IMG/VR virus record: IMGVR_UViG_3300032227_000349
Location: 1-34,416 of that record
Direction: 5' to 3' (one strand)
DNA length: 34,416 bases
Origin: a virus
Taxonomy: Duplodnaviria > Caudoviricetes
Shown: positions 1-10,800 of the stretch, piece after piece
How positions within the stretch are numbered: the stretch's first letter is position 1
Layout of the letters: every line of letters starts with the position of its first letter
Made by a program: the position numbers and the translations under genes
The notes under the pieces: model-generated
Databases searched by the model: none
What the model was told of the DNA's origin: nothing
Seen by the model: the letters and a program-made list of their open reading frames with translations, nothing else

Positions 1-2
1 GC

Positions 3-1034
3 AACAGCCTCAGCAAGTGCTTGCTTACCTGCAACGATTGTGCGGTAAACAGCAGTTACTGGAGTAACTGTTACTGTCGCTCCAACTGTGACCGCAGCAG
101 TGTTTGCTGTGTCTACAGTAATTGTTGTTGTTGAACCTGATGTAACCAAAGAAACAATCTTTGCACCAGATGCAATACCTGTTGCTGCAATCTTATCTCC
201 TGCTTCTGCAGTAGTAGCGATTACAGATGAAGAAGCCACACCGATTGTAAGTCCTGCTGATGTTCCAGCAACAGTTACTGTTGTTGTAGCAAGAGCGGTG
301 GCATCTGCACCATCTACGCCACGGTACATACGAGGTGTTTCAACAAAGAAAGCGCCTTCATAAGTTCCGATGTTTCCAGCCCAGAAGTTGCCTGTGCCAG
401 TCTCTGCGTACTTGTGCATTTCTAGCCAACCAGTTGAACCTGTTTCTGCACGAAGGTCGTGTGAAACTTCTGGGTGGATACCTGTCCAGTAAAGTGAACC
501 TTCACGAGGAACAGCCTTGTTTGAACGAAGTTTAGCAACCGCACGGCGGATGTTAGCAGCAGTGATTGTGTCAGTTGCTGTAACTGTTGCTGTTGATGTG
601 CGTGCTGTTGATGATGCTGAGTAAATCACATTGTCACCCTGGCGCAATGTATTCATTGCAAGGCGGTCAAGTGAGTCAGCCATGTTGTAAGCGATGATGT
701 CTGCTACTGCAGGGTCAACATCTGATAGTGAGAACAACTGTAGTTTACGAGTAACGAGTGAGGCATTGCCGTATTCGTTAAGTGTAACTGAAACAGTTGT
801 TACATCTGATAGTGCTACTGCATCTGGGTCAGTTGTTTCTGACAGTGATGCTGTTGCTGGTGCCAAGTCGTTGTAAATTGAGAATACAACGCTTGAACCT
901 GGCATCGCCTGTTGAGCAGGGCGCTTGTCTGCAACCGAACGAATCATTGGCTGAGAACGAAGCGCGAACTCTACATAGCGGTCATACGCGGTTTTGATTA
1001 ACCCTGCGAGTGCAGAGGTATCTGTGTATGCCAT
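3..1034 (-). CDS. Major capsid protein (N4-gp56-like, HK97 fold), 3' end outside the window
   Basis: Absent from the ORF track because it has no stop in the window. Hand translation from ATG 1034: MAYTDTSALAGLIKTAYDRYVEFALRSQPMIR...VTLNEYGNA...AYNMADSLD...IHPEVSHDLR...IGTYEGAFFVETPR. RBS GGAGGTG at 1039-1045. Directly downstream of the scaffold gene. Confidence 0.9.
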   Translation of the reverse strand, partial: MAYTDTSALAGLIKTAYDRYVEFALRSQPMIRSVADKRPAQQAMPGSSVVFSIYNDLAPATASLSETTDPDAVALSDVTTVSVTLNEYGNASLVTRKLQLFSLSDVDPAVADIIAYNMADSLDRLAMNTLRQGDNVIYSASSTARTSTATVTATDTITAANIRRAVAKLRSNKAVPREGSLYWTGIHPEVSHDLRAETGSTGWLEMHKYAETGTGNFWAGNIGTYEGAFFVETPRMYRGVDGADATALATTTVTVAGTSAGLTIGVASSSVIATTAEAGDKIAATGIASGAKIVSLVTSGSTTTITVDTANTAAVTVGATVTVTPVTAVYRTIVAGKQALAEAV

Positions 1035-1063
1035 AGTTCACCTCCTGGTGATTGGTAGTTTGT

Positions 1064-1534
1064 TTAGTTAACTGAAATACCGAGAAGTGCGTTGAGTTCA
1101 GCAGCATTTTTCACATTAGCCATCTTTGCGTACATATCTTCATCTACTCCTGGAGGAGTGCCAGTTGATACGACATCATTGATTCGCTGTTGTGCTTGTA
1201 ATGCTGGGTTGTTTGATGTAGATTTGCTTTCGCTTTCTTCACCAGACTTAACTCCAAATACATCGCCGTATTCGTTTAGCCAATTTGTAACTGCTTCTTC
1301 CGAGGCATCCAAATCTTGCGGAACAAATGCTGCGACTTTTGGGTTAATACCTTTTGCTGTCAACACATCCTTGACGGTGCGCTGACGAGTTTGAGTTTTC
1401 AAAGATGTCGCTTCTTGTTCAAGTTCCTTAAGGCGCTTTTCAAGTGTGCGGTTTACTTTGCGTAACTGCTTGACGACATCTTGAGGTTGACCCTCGAAAT
1501 CGAAATCGTCATCTTCGTCATAATTGGTAGTCAT
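1064..1534 (-). CDS. Capsid scaffolding protein
   Basis: Acidic N-terminus, coiled coil (LRKVNRTLEKRLKELEQEA), 156 aa, immediately upstream of the major capsid gene. Confidence 0.75.
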   Translation of the reverse strand: MTTNYDEDDDFDFEGQPQDVVKQLRKVNRTLEKRLKELEQEATSLKTQTRQRTVKDVLTAKGINPKVAAFVPQDLDASEEAVTNWLNEYGDVFGVKSGEESESKSTSNNPALQAQQRINDVVSTGTPPGVDEDMYAKMANVKNAAELNALLGISVN

Positions 1535-1656
1535 CTACCTATCTCCCTTTGTTAGTTGTATTCGCAATCCACAAACAAGGTTCGGGGAAACCAAGTTGGC
1601 TATCGCTACCAGTCTTATTACGCTCATCTGGGCTGGTGGGTCTGATGAGGATTCTT

Positions 1657-3078
1657 TTATATGTTGCTTTCTGTCTTAAGCGATGAACTTGAAATGCCGC
1701 TTTGTCCAGCAAAGCGAGCCTGTTCACGCAGTGCTCTGCGCTGTGACTCAAGCATACGCTGTTGGTCAGCACCAAGGGTTGTCGCCACGGCTTGAAGTTC
1801 GTTGTAACTCTTGTCGCTTTCAATACTAGCAAGACGACTTTGAGTATCAGCCAAGATTCTAGCCCTACCAAAAGATTCCTTAAGTGCATTAAGGTCAGTA
1901 GTTCCAGAGACATTGATGTAACTTTCGGCAGCAGCCTTGTCCAAGTCAAACTTGTACATGTCTGCAGCAGCACCAATCTCAGCAGCACGAATCTGCTTCT
2001 TAACAATATCCATACCCAACTTAGGGTCAAGGAGATATGAGATAGCGCCTGTAATGTCTACACCGTAGAACTCATTAAGAGATGCAAGAACATCTGAATT
2101 CTTCTTTACCTTATCAGCAGCAATAGATACACGCTGCTCATACTCAGCAACAGATACTTGGTTAGCAATAACTGCTCCAAGTTTTTCTGTAGTTCCAAAA
2201 ATCTTATCATCCAGACCATAAGCCTTAAGGATGCTAGTCATACCCTTTTCCATAGAAATGTATGTTGCTTCATTTACAGCGCGACCTGCCTTGGCTAGGT
2301 CAGCCATACCAGGGAAGCGTGCCTTGTATGCATCTGTGCCAACTAGGTTAATTTTAATTTGTGATGCAGTCATATCTTGTTTGATATAACCATCAATGAC
2401 ATCAGCCAATGAATCAAGACCAGCCAACTTAAGGTTAGCCTTAAAATCTTCAAGCGCAGTGGTGACTTGAGCCTGTTGGTTAGCCTTTTGAGTTGCTGTT
2501 AAAGCATCTAATTTACTTTGCCATGTAGCATTGAGTGCAGCAACAGCATCGGCTACAGCCTTTGTTACATCATCGGTTGTAATTTGCTTTGTAGGTGTAC
2601 CAACAACCGTACTTGTACCATCGCTATAAATAATAGTTGTAGTTCCATCTGCGTTTTGAATAGTATTTACTACAGTTTTTGCAGTTGGCTCAGTAGTTGT
2701 AGGATTAGTAGTCGTAGGGTTTGTAGTCGTTGGGTTGGTAGTTGTAGGATTAGTTGTAGTTGTGGTTGTTGTATATCCAGTGCTTGTACGAGTGGTTCCA
2801 ACTGGAATAGGACCAACAAATAAACCGCTTGTGTTAGCACCCATTGTTACTGTTGGAGTAAAGTTTGGTACTACACCAGAAGCAGCAGCAATACCAGCAA
2901 GCGTTGTTGTATTAACGGTTGGAGCAGTTGGTTTTGCAGCAGGAATTGTAATTACCTGTCCAGGTTTAATAAGACTGGGATTGGTAATTTGTGGGTTAGC
3001 AGCAACAATTTTTGCTACTGTTGTATTATTGGCTGCAGCAATTCCACTGAGCGTGTCACCTTTTTTTACGACTGGCAT
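1657..3078 (-). CDS. Virion protein with N-terminal LysM domain and Thr-rich linker
   Basis: VVKKGDTLSGIAAANNTTVAKIVAANPQITNPSLIKPGQVITIP is a canonical LysM; followed by (TTTNP)n linker and a helical C-terminal domain. Confidence 0.85.
   Translation of the reverse strand: MPVVKKGDTLSGIAAANNTTVAKIVAANPQITNPSLIKPGQVITIPAAKPTAPTVNTTTLAGIAAASGVVPNFTPTVTMGANTSGLFVGPIPVGTTRTSTGYTTTTTTTNPTTTNPTTTNPTTTNPTTTEPTAKTVVNTIQNADGTTTIIYSDGTSTVVGTPTKQITTDDVTKAVADAVAALNATWQSKLDALTATQKANQQAQVTTALEDFKANLKLAGLDSLADVIDGYIKQDMTASQIKINLVGTDAYKARFPGMADLAKAGRAVNEATYISMEKGMTSILKAYGLDDKIFGTTEKLGAVIANQVSVAEYEQRVSIAADKVKKNSDVLASLNEFYGVDITGAISYLLDPKLGMDIVKKQIRAAEIGAAADMYKFDLDKAAAESYINVSGTTDLNALKESFGRARILADTQSRLASIESDKSYNELQAVATTLGADQQRMLESQRRALREQARFAGQSGISSSSLKTESNI
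2692..2772 (-). repeat. 15-nt coding tandem repeat x4 (NPTTT) plus poly-Thr run
   Basis: Units agtagttgtaggatt / agtagtcgtagggtt / tgtagtcgttgggtt / ggtagttgtaggatt. Confidence 0.9.
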
Positions 3079-4520
3079 TATCCCATAAATCCAAACTGCT
3101 TCATTAAATCAAGCGCCGTATTTGAGTAGGTTTCCTTAGCGTTCTTTGTGTACTGCCAAAGTGGGTCCTGCTTAACCTGCTTATTAAAGTCAGCAAAGGT
3201 ACGAGCATTACCAGTTGTAGGGTCTACAACCTTAGCCATAAGGTCTTTCCATGTAAGGTTAGTTGAGTCTACCTCAAGCAATGTAGCCATCTGATTACGA
3301 TAACTATTTGTTACCTCATACAGTGAGCGACCTTCTTTAATTGAAGATGCAAAAGGCTTATACAAATCCATAGCCTGAGCCTTCATTTCATTAAGGTAAT
3401 ACTGTGTATCACGACCATCTGTTGGGTCAAGAAGTGAACGCTGAATTGTATCAAGATAATTATTGTCAATAGAGATGCCGTAGTTAAGAGCCTGCTTCTT
3501 GATGTTGTCTACAGATGAACCGATAATTCCGCCACCTGTGAATAACAACTGTGCATTGTCGCCCAGATGCTGTTGGATTTGTACATCGGTCCAACCATTT
3601 TTCATGGCTTCCATTGCAATACCCTGAATAGTTTTAGCGTTGTCAACAACCTTGCCAGTTACAGGGTCTACTTGCTGTGCACGAATACCCAACTTCTCAA
3701 GACTTGCTGCCACATTTGCTGTATTGATATTTAAACTTTCAGCAAAAGTTCCCGCGTTGCGTGGGTCATGTGTCTCAATAAAGAAAGCGCGAAGGCTAGG
3801 TAGAGTCTCTTGCCACCATTTAGTCTGTTTAAGAGCCTCGGTAAATGTACCTTCTTGCCAGTTTTCAGCCTTGGCAGTTGCAAGCAATTTGTCAATCTGA
3901 CCTTTGTATTCCTTAGGCAATGTCTTAAATGTAGCATCAAGGTAACCAACCCAAGCGGTTTTAATCTTATCTGCTTCTGGAGTTTTTGAAACGCTGCCAG
4001 AACCGCTAGGTTTGGTTGTTGTACCAGATGTTGTACTAGATGTTGTGCCAGATGTTTTACTGCTTGTTACTGTTGGTCTAACGGTAGAACCGCTTTCGTA
4101 TGCGGTTGTACCTGGTACTAGGCTTTCGCCCCCTGGACCATAACGAAGTTGAGCGTTGCCATCTGAGGATACAAACGGATTCTTTCCGTCAAAATTTTCT
4201 AAGGCTGTCTTAGCCTTTGTTACTTCTGCTGGTGTTCCATAATCTTCTGCACGCTGTAAATCTTCTTTAAGTTTTGCACGCTCTTTAGCAGATTTTTCAT
4301 TAGCAATAGTTGAGCGTTCAGCCTTGTCAAGTTTTTCTAATTCTTCAATACGCTTTTCAGTAGCCTTCTTTGCAGCAAGGGCTTTCTTGTATTCAGGTGA
4401 ACCAACCTTAGCGCGAGATAACTGCTTTTTAATTTGGTCCAAGCCCATGTATTGCTGGCGTAATTCTTGAGCAGGAGTAACTGTATCTGGGCGATAGTAT
4501 GGGTTATTTGTTTCAGCCAT
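3078..4520 (-). CDS. Putative internal virion (ejection) protein
   Basis: 480-aa ORF translationally coupled to both neighbours in the structural operon; coiled-coil N-terminus and Ser/Thr/Gly linker. Confidence 0.6.
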   Translation of the reverse strand: MAETNNPYYRPDTVTPAQELRQQYMGLDQIKKQLSRAKVGSPEYKKALAAKKATEKRIEELEKLDKAERSTIANEKSAKERAKLKEDLQRAEDYGTPAEVTKAKTALENFDGKNPFVSSDGNAQLRYGPGGESLVPGTTAYESGSTVRPTVTSSKTSGTTSSTTSGTTTKPSGSGSVSKTPEADKIKTAWVGYLDATFKTLPKEYKGQIDKLLATAKAENWQEGTFTEALKQTKWWQETLPSLRAFFIETHDPRNAGTFAESLNINTANVAASLEKLGIRAQQVDPVTGKVVDNAKTIQGIAMEAMKNGWTDVQIQQHLGDNAQLLFTGGGIIGSSVDNIKKQALNYGISIDNNYLDTIQRSLLDPTDGRDTQYYLNEMKAQAMDLYKPFASSIKEGRSLYEVTNSYRNQMATLLEVDSTNLTWKDLMAKVVDPTTGNARTFADFNKQVKQDPLWQYTKNAKETYSNTALDLMKQFGFMG

Positions 4521-4870
4521 TAACTTCTCGCCTTCTGTACATCTGCTTGGATAGCACCGTAGATAGCATCTAGGTAGCGATTTTCTTGGCGAGCCTCGAA
4601 CTCAGGTGTGCTTTGAAGATATGCTGCTACAGCCTGTTGGCGACCAGGGGCACCTGTATCTTGAGACTGATTAAGGTAAATACCAAGAGCCTTTTTGTAA
4701 TCAACACCTACGCCAGAGCGACCAAACATTTGAGTAAACAAAGCCTGGACATCTGCCTCGGCATCCTGTTTTGTAACAACAGCGCCAGTTGCAGCATTGC
4801 CAGAGTTGTTAGCCTGTGCAATTTTAATTGCATCTGCAAGTTGCTCAGCAACAGTTTGCTTCTTCGTCAT
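4520..4870 (-). CDS. Hypothetical virion protein
   Basis: 116-aa ORF with 1-nt stop/start overlaps on both sides. Confidence 0.65.
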   Translation of the reverse strand: MTKKQTVAEQLADAIKIAQANNSGNAATGAVVTKQDAEADVQALFTQMFGRSGVGVDYKKALGIYLNQSQDTGAPGRQQAVAAYLQSTPEFEARQENRYLDAIYGAIQADVQKARS

Positions 4871-7800
4871 TAGATTACCACCGTATCATTTGCAAAATAG
4901 CGATTGATGAATTGCTCAAACTCAGGGCTTCCTGCGATTAAGTTGGTTCTAAACATATCAAATGCTGCAGCAATATCTTCGTTTGAATTAGCATCAATAC
5001 TGCGTGAACCACCCGCTGCATCTCTTTGTTTAAGGATTTCTCCAATTTGGTTTCGTGCCTCTAGGTAAAGAGCCATACTCTTTACTACTGCACGGTTACC
5101 ATTTTGAGCCATCCACTTTTTATCTTTCAGTGCCTTGTCAAGGACATCGGCACGGCGTGCATATTTAGCACGGTCAGGGGATACATACTCAGAATACCAG
5201 TCAAGATTATCTCCTGACTTCTGTTGAATCCAGATTGACTTAGCCTGTTTAACGACCTTCATCTGAGGGTCTTTATCATCGGTAATGCCATTTTGAATCT
5301 TGTAAGTATTGATTGCCTGCTCTAGTTGCTGATACTCAGCCCAGCCACGCTTAATGTTTGCCTCACGAAGCAACTCACCTGGAGTACGGTTTTGACGGTA
5401 TGTGCTACCGCCACCTGGTGTAGCGCCATGGTTGTACTGCCATTGATATGCAGCCTGGCTAAATGTGTAGGCATCATCGCCATCGTCAGCCAAGAAGCCA
5501 ATCAACTCAGGGTCACCCTTGCCGTCAGCGTATGCCATAAGGTCACTGTGCTTGCGTAGGTTGCGTACTGTCTGGAGGCTAGGCTCTAGCCCTCCTTCGT
5601 TCTTAGACAGGCTCACAGTGGCTTCAAAGAAGTCTGGATACTGCTCTAGGAACTTAGCCTCAGCCATGCCGTATACACGCTTGCCAGTAGTTGGGTCACG
5701 GTAGTCAGCAAATTGTTCTTGGTACTGACGGAAAGTTTGAGCGTAGAAATCAACCTCAGGGGCAATAGCAAATGGTGCTGAGATAGATGTCAGAGCACGA
5801 AGGAAGAAGAATTTGTTTGTTTTATCCTTAATCTCCGATGGAGTCGGAGCATCTGTACGCTTGCCTTGGTTATAGAGGTAAGTCTCATAACGAAGCATCT
5901 GGTTATATGAACGAACATATAGTTCATCCTGTCGCCATACTGTATTAAGACGGCGGATAACCGATGGAGTAAAGATGTCAGTTGCTGACTGCGGTGCACC
6001 TACTGGGAAGAAAGGCTTGAGAGCATCTTCTAATTCAGGGCGTTGCTTAAGAACTAAGTACGCAGGCAATGTAGCGTAAGGACCAAACCCTGGGTTGCCC
6101 ACTTGACCTTGTGTAATTACATCAAGGCTTGCTAGTGGGATGTTGATATTCTTAAATGAGTTCTCAACGATTGGCTTCCATGATGCTGGCAACGCATCAA
6201 TAAATGATTGCGGTACATTAACAACAAGGTTTGCACCCTGGTTTCCTTGCAACTGCTCAGGACTTGTAAGACGGTTACCATCACGGTCAACAACCATTTG
6301 AGCATTAACAACCTGTGCGATGGTGCGTGCTGCTGTTGCAACCAACTGTGGGTTATCCATAGACATACCGCCCCAGCGCTTAAGAGTATTCTCATAGGCT
6401 GCGTAGAACGGGAATAGTAATTTCATTGAACGGCTAGACGATGCACCAGTACGGCGAACGATAGTAAACAATGTACGCTCAACTTCTTGGCGTGCTGTTT
6501 CACGAGCGTTAGATACTGCACGGTTAATCTCATCTGGAGTTAGACGGTCAGCACCCTTAGCATCTGCCATTGAAGCCATGTTAAGGCGAAGTTCTTTTTC
6601 GTAGATAGCCACTGTAAGTGGGTGACGAGCAAACACATCTTCTGGCATTGAGCCAAGGAAGCGCATAACACGGCGGTTAATAGTATCAATCAGGCGCTCT
6701 TGGTCTTTGTATTCTTTTGAAGAAGTAACCAACATACCATTGAGTGGTTTCAAATCTTCTGGATTCTTACCAAAGCGTTCAACAAGGAACTGTTGTATTT
6801 CTCCACCAGAAAGCGGCTTGCCTGTTTCTTTGGCAGCACTAAGCATAAGTGCTGTCTCGTTATCTGGAATATAAGCAGCAACTGCTTGACGAGTCTCGTG
6901 CAACTTAGCCATAAGGTGCTCGTCTAGTTCGCCACCCTTTAACTTGGTGACACCCTTGCCAGCGCCTACAAGTGTGTAGGCTTCTGTTGCATACATTGAA
7001 CCCTTGCTTGTATGGAACCAACTAAGGATTTTTTCATTATCCTCACCGTCAAGAATCATACGAACCACTGGGTCCATGATGCCTGACTCAGGGTCACGGA
7101 AGTGCATGTTCAAAATGTTTGACCAACCCTCAAAATACTTAGGGTCTGCAGGGTCAATAGTACGGACTGAGCGTGAACCAATGCCCGCTGTAAACGCCAT
7201 CTCTTGTGAAGATACCAATGCGTTCCATGTGCTTTCAGCAGATGTGCGACCAAGGAACCATGATGCTTCTTCAAAAGCCTTAGGCAATGAGTAGTTATGA
7301 CCATTTGCTTCGTAATCAAATCTACCAAAACCTGTGCGCTGTTTGATTGCAGTTGATTCTGCACGGTCAATAACAGCGCCTAAGCGTGAGAACAAGTCAT
7401 CTAGGTGAGCATGAGCCTGTGCATAGTCACGAGCAAGATTAGCAGCAGCATCTTCAATGCCGTTGTTAATCATTGCATTGACTGAATCTTCTGCGTAGTA
7501 AGGAGAGACTGCGTAGTCTTTCTTTTGTAAACGAGCCTTCTTGCCTACATAGCGCTTTTCAGCACGGCGTGCCTTAGGTGTATCAAAGCGTGGTTCAAGA
7601 CCAGCAGTGGCATCCATCTCCCAGACTTGTGCCTCCTTTTCCATCCTGGATTTGATGTATGCATTTACCTCAGCAGTACGACCTTTATCCCCAATGGATT
7701 CTGGAAGGGCAATGTGCGAAAGACCGCCAGCACGCTTGTCATCAGCGACAACAGCACGACCGTATCCGTTTTCGCGCATGTATTTAAACACTGGGTCGTT

Positions 7801-10800
7801 AGGTTCGTTCCAACCCTTTGACTTAATCCATGATTTAAAGTTAGTAAGTTTGTTGCCGAAGGCAGACTCACGAAGTTCTATTGGGATGTCAGACCATTGT
7901 TGTAAGTACAAAGGCTTGCCGTATACACGGTATGGTTGAACGCTACCCTTGGTTGCATTAACACGGAAGATAGGGCGGTTAGTCCAATTTTTAAATAGGA
8001 CTATCTCTGCCTCATCAGTTTCGGCTGCAAGGATAAGTGTCTCGTAGTCAATGCTCTTGACTTTCTTCCACTGCCCAGCAGAGTCTTTGTATTCAACAAG
8101 TTTGCCAGCGTTAACAGCATCAATCATGTCTGATTGCAGTTTAAGAGTTGCCTCATTAAGAACATCTGCACGCTTTGCAGATGGAGCAGGCGCTTCTTGA
8201 ACAATGGCTCGCAGCGTAACAACTGGTTTAATAGCAGGAAAATCTTTAGTTGCTGCCTGTCCTTCAATTACATTAACAACTTCAAACTTTGTTCCCGCTG
8301 GAAGCAATACTTCGCTTTCGCCAGTTATATCAATATCAGTTAATTTTGCATCTATACCTTGTGTTTTAGAAAGTTCTGAATCTAATTTAGAAAAACCTCT
8401 ATAAGATGCAACAATATCTAATCCATTTGTACCTTTAGGTAATTGAATTCTAATAACTGTGCTATCTTCTTTACTATTAAAAGCAAATTTTTCTGCAACT
8501 CTATATTTTTTTGAAGTTGATACAAAACCTTTTTCAGTTACAATATCGCCAAGTTTTGCATTAAGAATATCTGGATTAGATGTTCCTCTAAATACAACTG
8601 TATTTTCTTTAATAACACTGCGTTGAATTGCGCGTTGAAGCATTTGTGGAATTTCTGCTTTTCCAACTTTTCCGTATGAAGCCCAACGATTTGGGTCACG
8701 CAAATCTAATTGCGTTTCAGCGTACCCACCACGAACATATTGTTTTATTTCTTGAAATTCCTCAAGTGGCATTTGCTCAATAACGCCACGAGTGCCAGCC
8801 TCTGCGCCAGGTGCAAGTTCTGGTTTCTGACCAAGGCGACCCATGCGACCAGTCTTAGTTGGGATGTACTGTTCGACAGAGTGGAGAGTTCCACCTTCTG
8901 CATAACGGCGAGCAATCGCAGGTGATGCAGATGTAGCCAAAGCGCGAGACTTGTCAAGGTTAAATAAACCAGGTGCACCGTGGTAAAGAGTTACTGACTC
9001 TAGGTCAGCAAGCACTCCCTTAAGTGTGCGAAGTTCTACTTCAAATGCAAACTTCTCTGCTTCATCTACAGTGATTGCTGCTTCACCAGTGATGTCAGAA
9101 GTTATAGCCTTGGTGAATCCTTTTACAGTTTTACCAACACGCATGCCTTCAAGTTCGGCAATACGAACAGAAACTTCCTTAGCCAGTTGCTGGCGACCCA
9201 TATCAACTGAGCGAAGCATGTCAAACTGAGAACCAATTTCATGCTGAATAACATTAAAGTCATCTGCTTTGCCAGTTACTACATTAAGGTTATCAACAAG
9301 ACGGTTAACGCCTGCCTTGCGGTTGTTAAAGAAGCGACCAACTGCATCCTTACCACCTGAGGCAACCATAGATGGGAGAGCAAAGCCCTTAGCCATCATA
9401 GATAGTTGCGCTTCTGTAAGGTTACGAACTGTGTAACCAAGGCGCATAAGCACAGATGTTTTAAAAATATCATTGATTGTGTCAAGTGCAGCCATTGACT
9501 TGTTAGTACGGATGGCTAGGTTATCAACATCAATACCCTGCAAGATGGTTGGAAGCACACGCTCGTGGGCATCAATACCCTGCTTAAGACGAGCAAGGTC
9601 TGCAATGATTACTGTGTTTGCACCTTGGCGCTCAAGCAATGGAGACTTAGCGTTAATAAACTGGTCACCATCGAAGTATCCAAGGAATCCCTGGTTGTTG
9701 TGGCGCTCAATAAGTGAAGCACGGCGTGCATCGTAAATCTTGTAAATCTTATCTAGCGTATCTTGGTCATAGTTAGGAAAGAGCGTGTTGATTGCACGGC
9801 GCTCGGCTTCTTTAATAATCTCAAGGCGTTCAGCAGGAAGTGCTGCTGCTAGGTAACGGTCAGCAAGTTCTCTTGATGCTTCTTGAAACTTATTGCCAGA
9901 TAGGTCATTAGTCTGTCTTAAGAAAGTATTAAACTCCATATATGAGTTACCATCATTGACATTGAATACACCACTTGGTACATCTTCTTTGAAGAAATGT
10001 ACAATTTTAACTAGCGGGTGAAGTGATGTCTTAAGATAGGTGATTGACTCTGGGTCACCAAATGTACGAGCAGCCATCTTCTCAGCCTTATTGACTGCAC
10101 CAAAGCGTGACTTCTGTAAAAATTCTTTTTCAAATCCGTAACGGAACGGGCGACCAGTAGCAACCTTGTCGTATGCTGCAAGAAATGCTGGGTCTGTCTT
10201 TTTCAAATCTTCAATGTATGTACCAATGGCGTTGTTATATTCTGGAGTTGTAAGAACATCTCCATCTAACTTACCATCCATCAACTGGCGCTGTGGGTGT
10301 GTTGCACCATCGCTCATATTGTCAAGCATTACAGCAAGTTCTGAATCCTTTTCAGCAATTTCAGACATAGCCTTTGTGTCTTTAAGCATAACGGCACGGA
10401 AAATTGTAACTACTTCTTCTTTGGTCTGAGCCTTACCAAACATGTAAGCCAAAGCATCAGGGTTAGTTACCTTCTTCTTTGCCCAGTAGCCATACTGACC
10501 CTTGGCATCTGTTTGTGCAAGGAACTCAACATCTTTAACAGCAGCACCTTCACCAACAAGTGCACGCTCAAGAAGATTATCCATCTTCTCGTTAGTCATG
10601 GCAGCCTTGCCAAATACTGTACGAGCCAACTTACCGTTGATGTTCTCGTACATTAAACCTTTACTTGCAATTACTGCGCCTTTACCTAAGAAACCAGTAA
10701 ATGTCAGTGGGTCAACAACTGTTGATGCAACTAAATCCTGTGCACCAGAAAGAAACTTACCTGTGAACTGGTCATCAAAAGCAACCTTACGGTCATTGGC

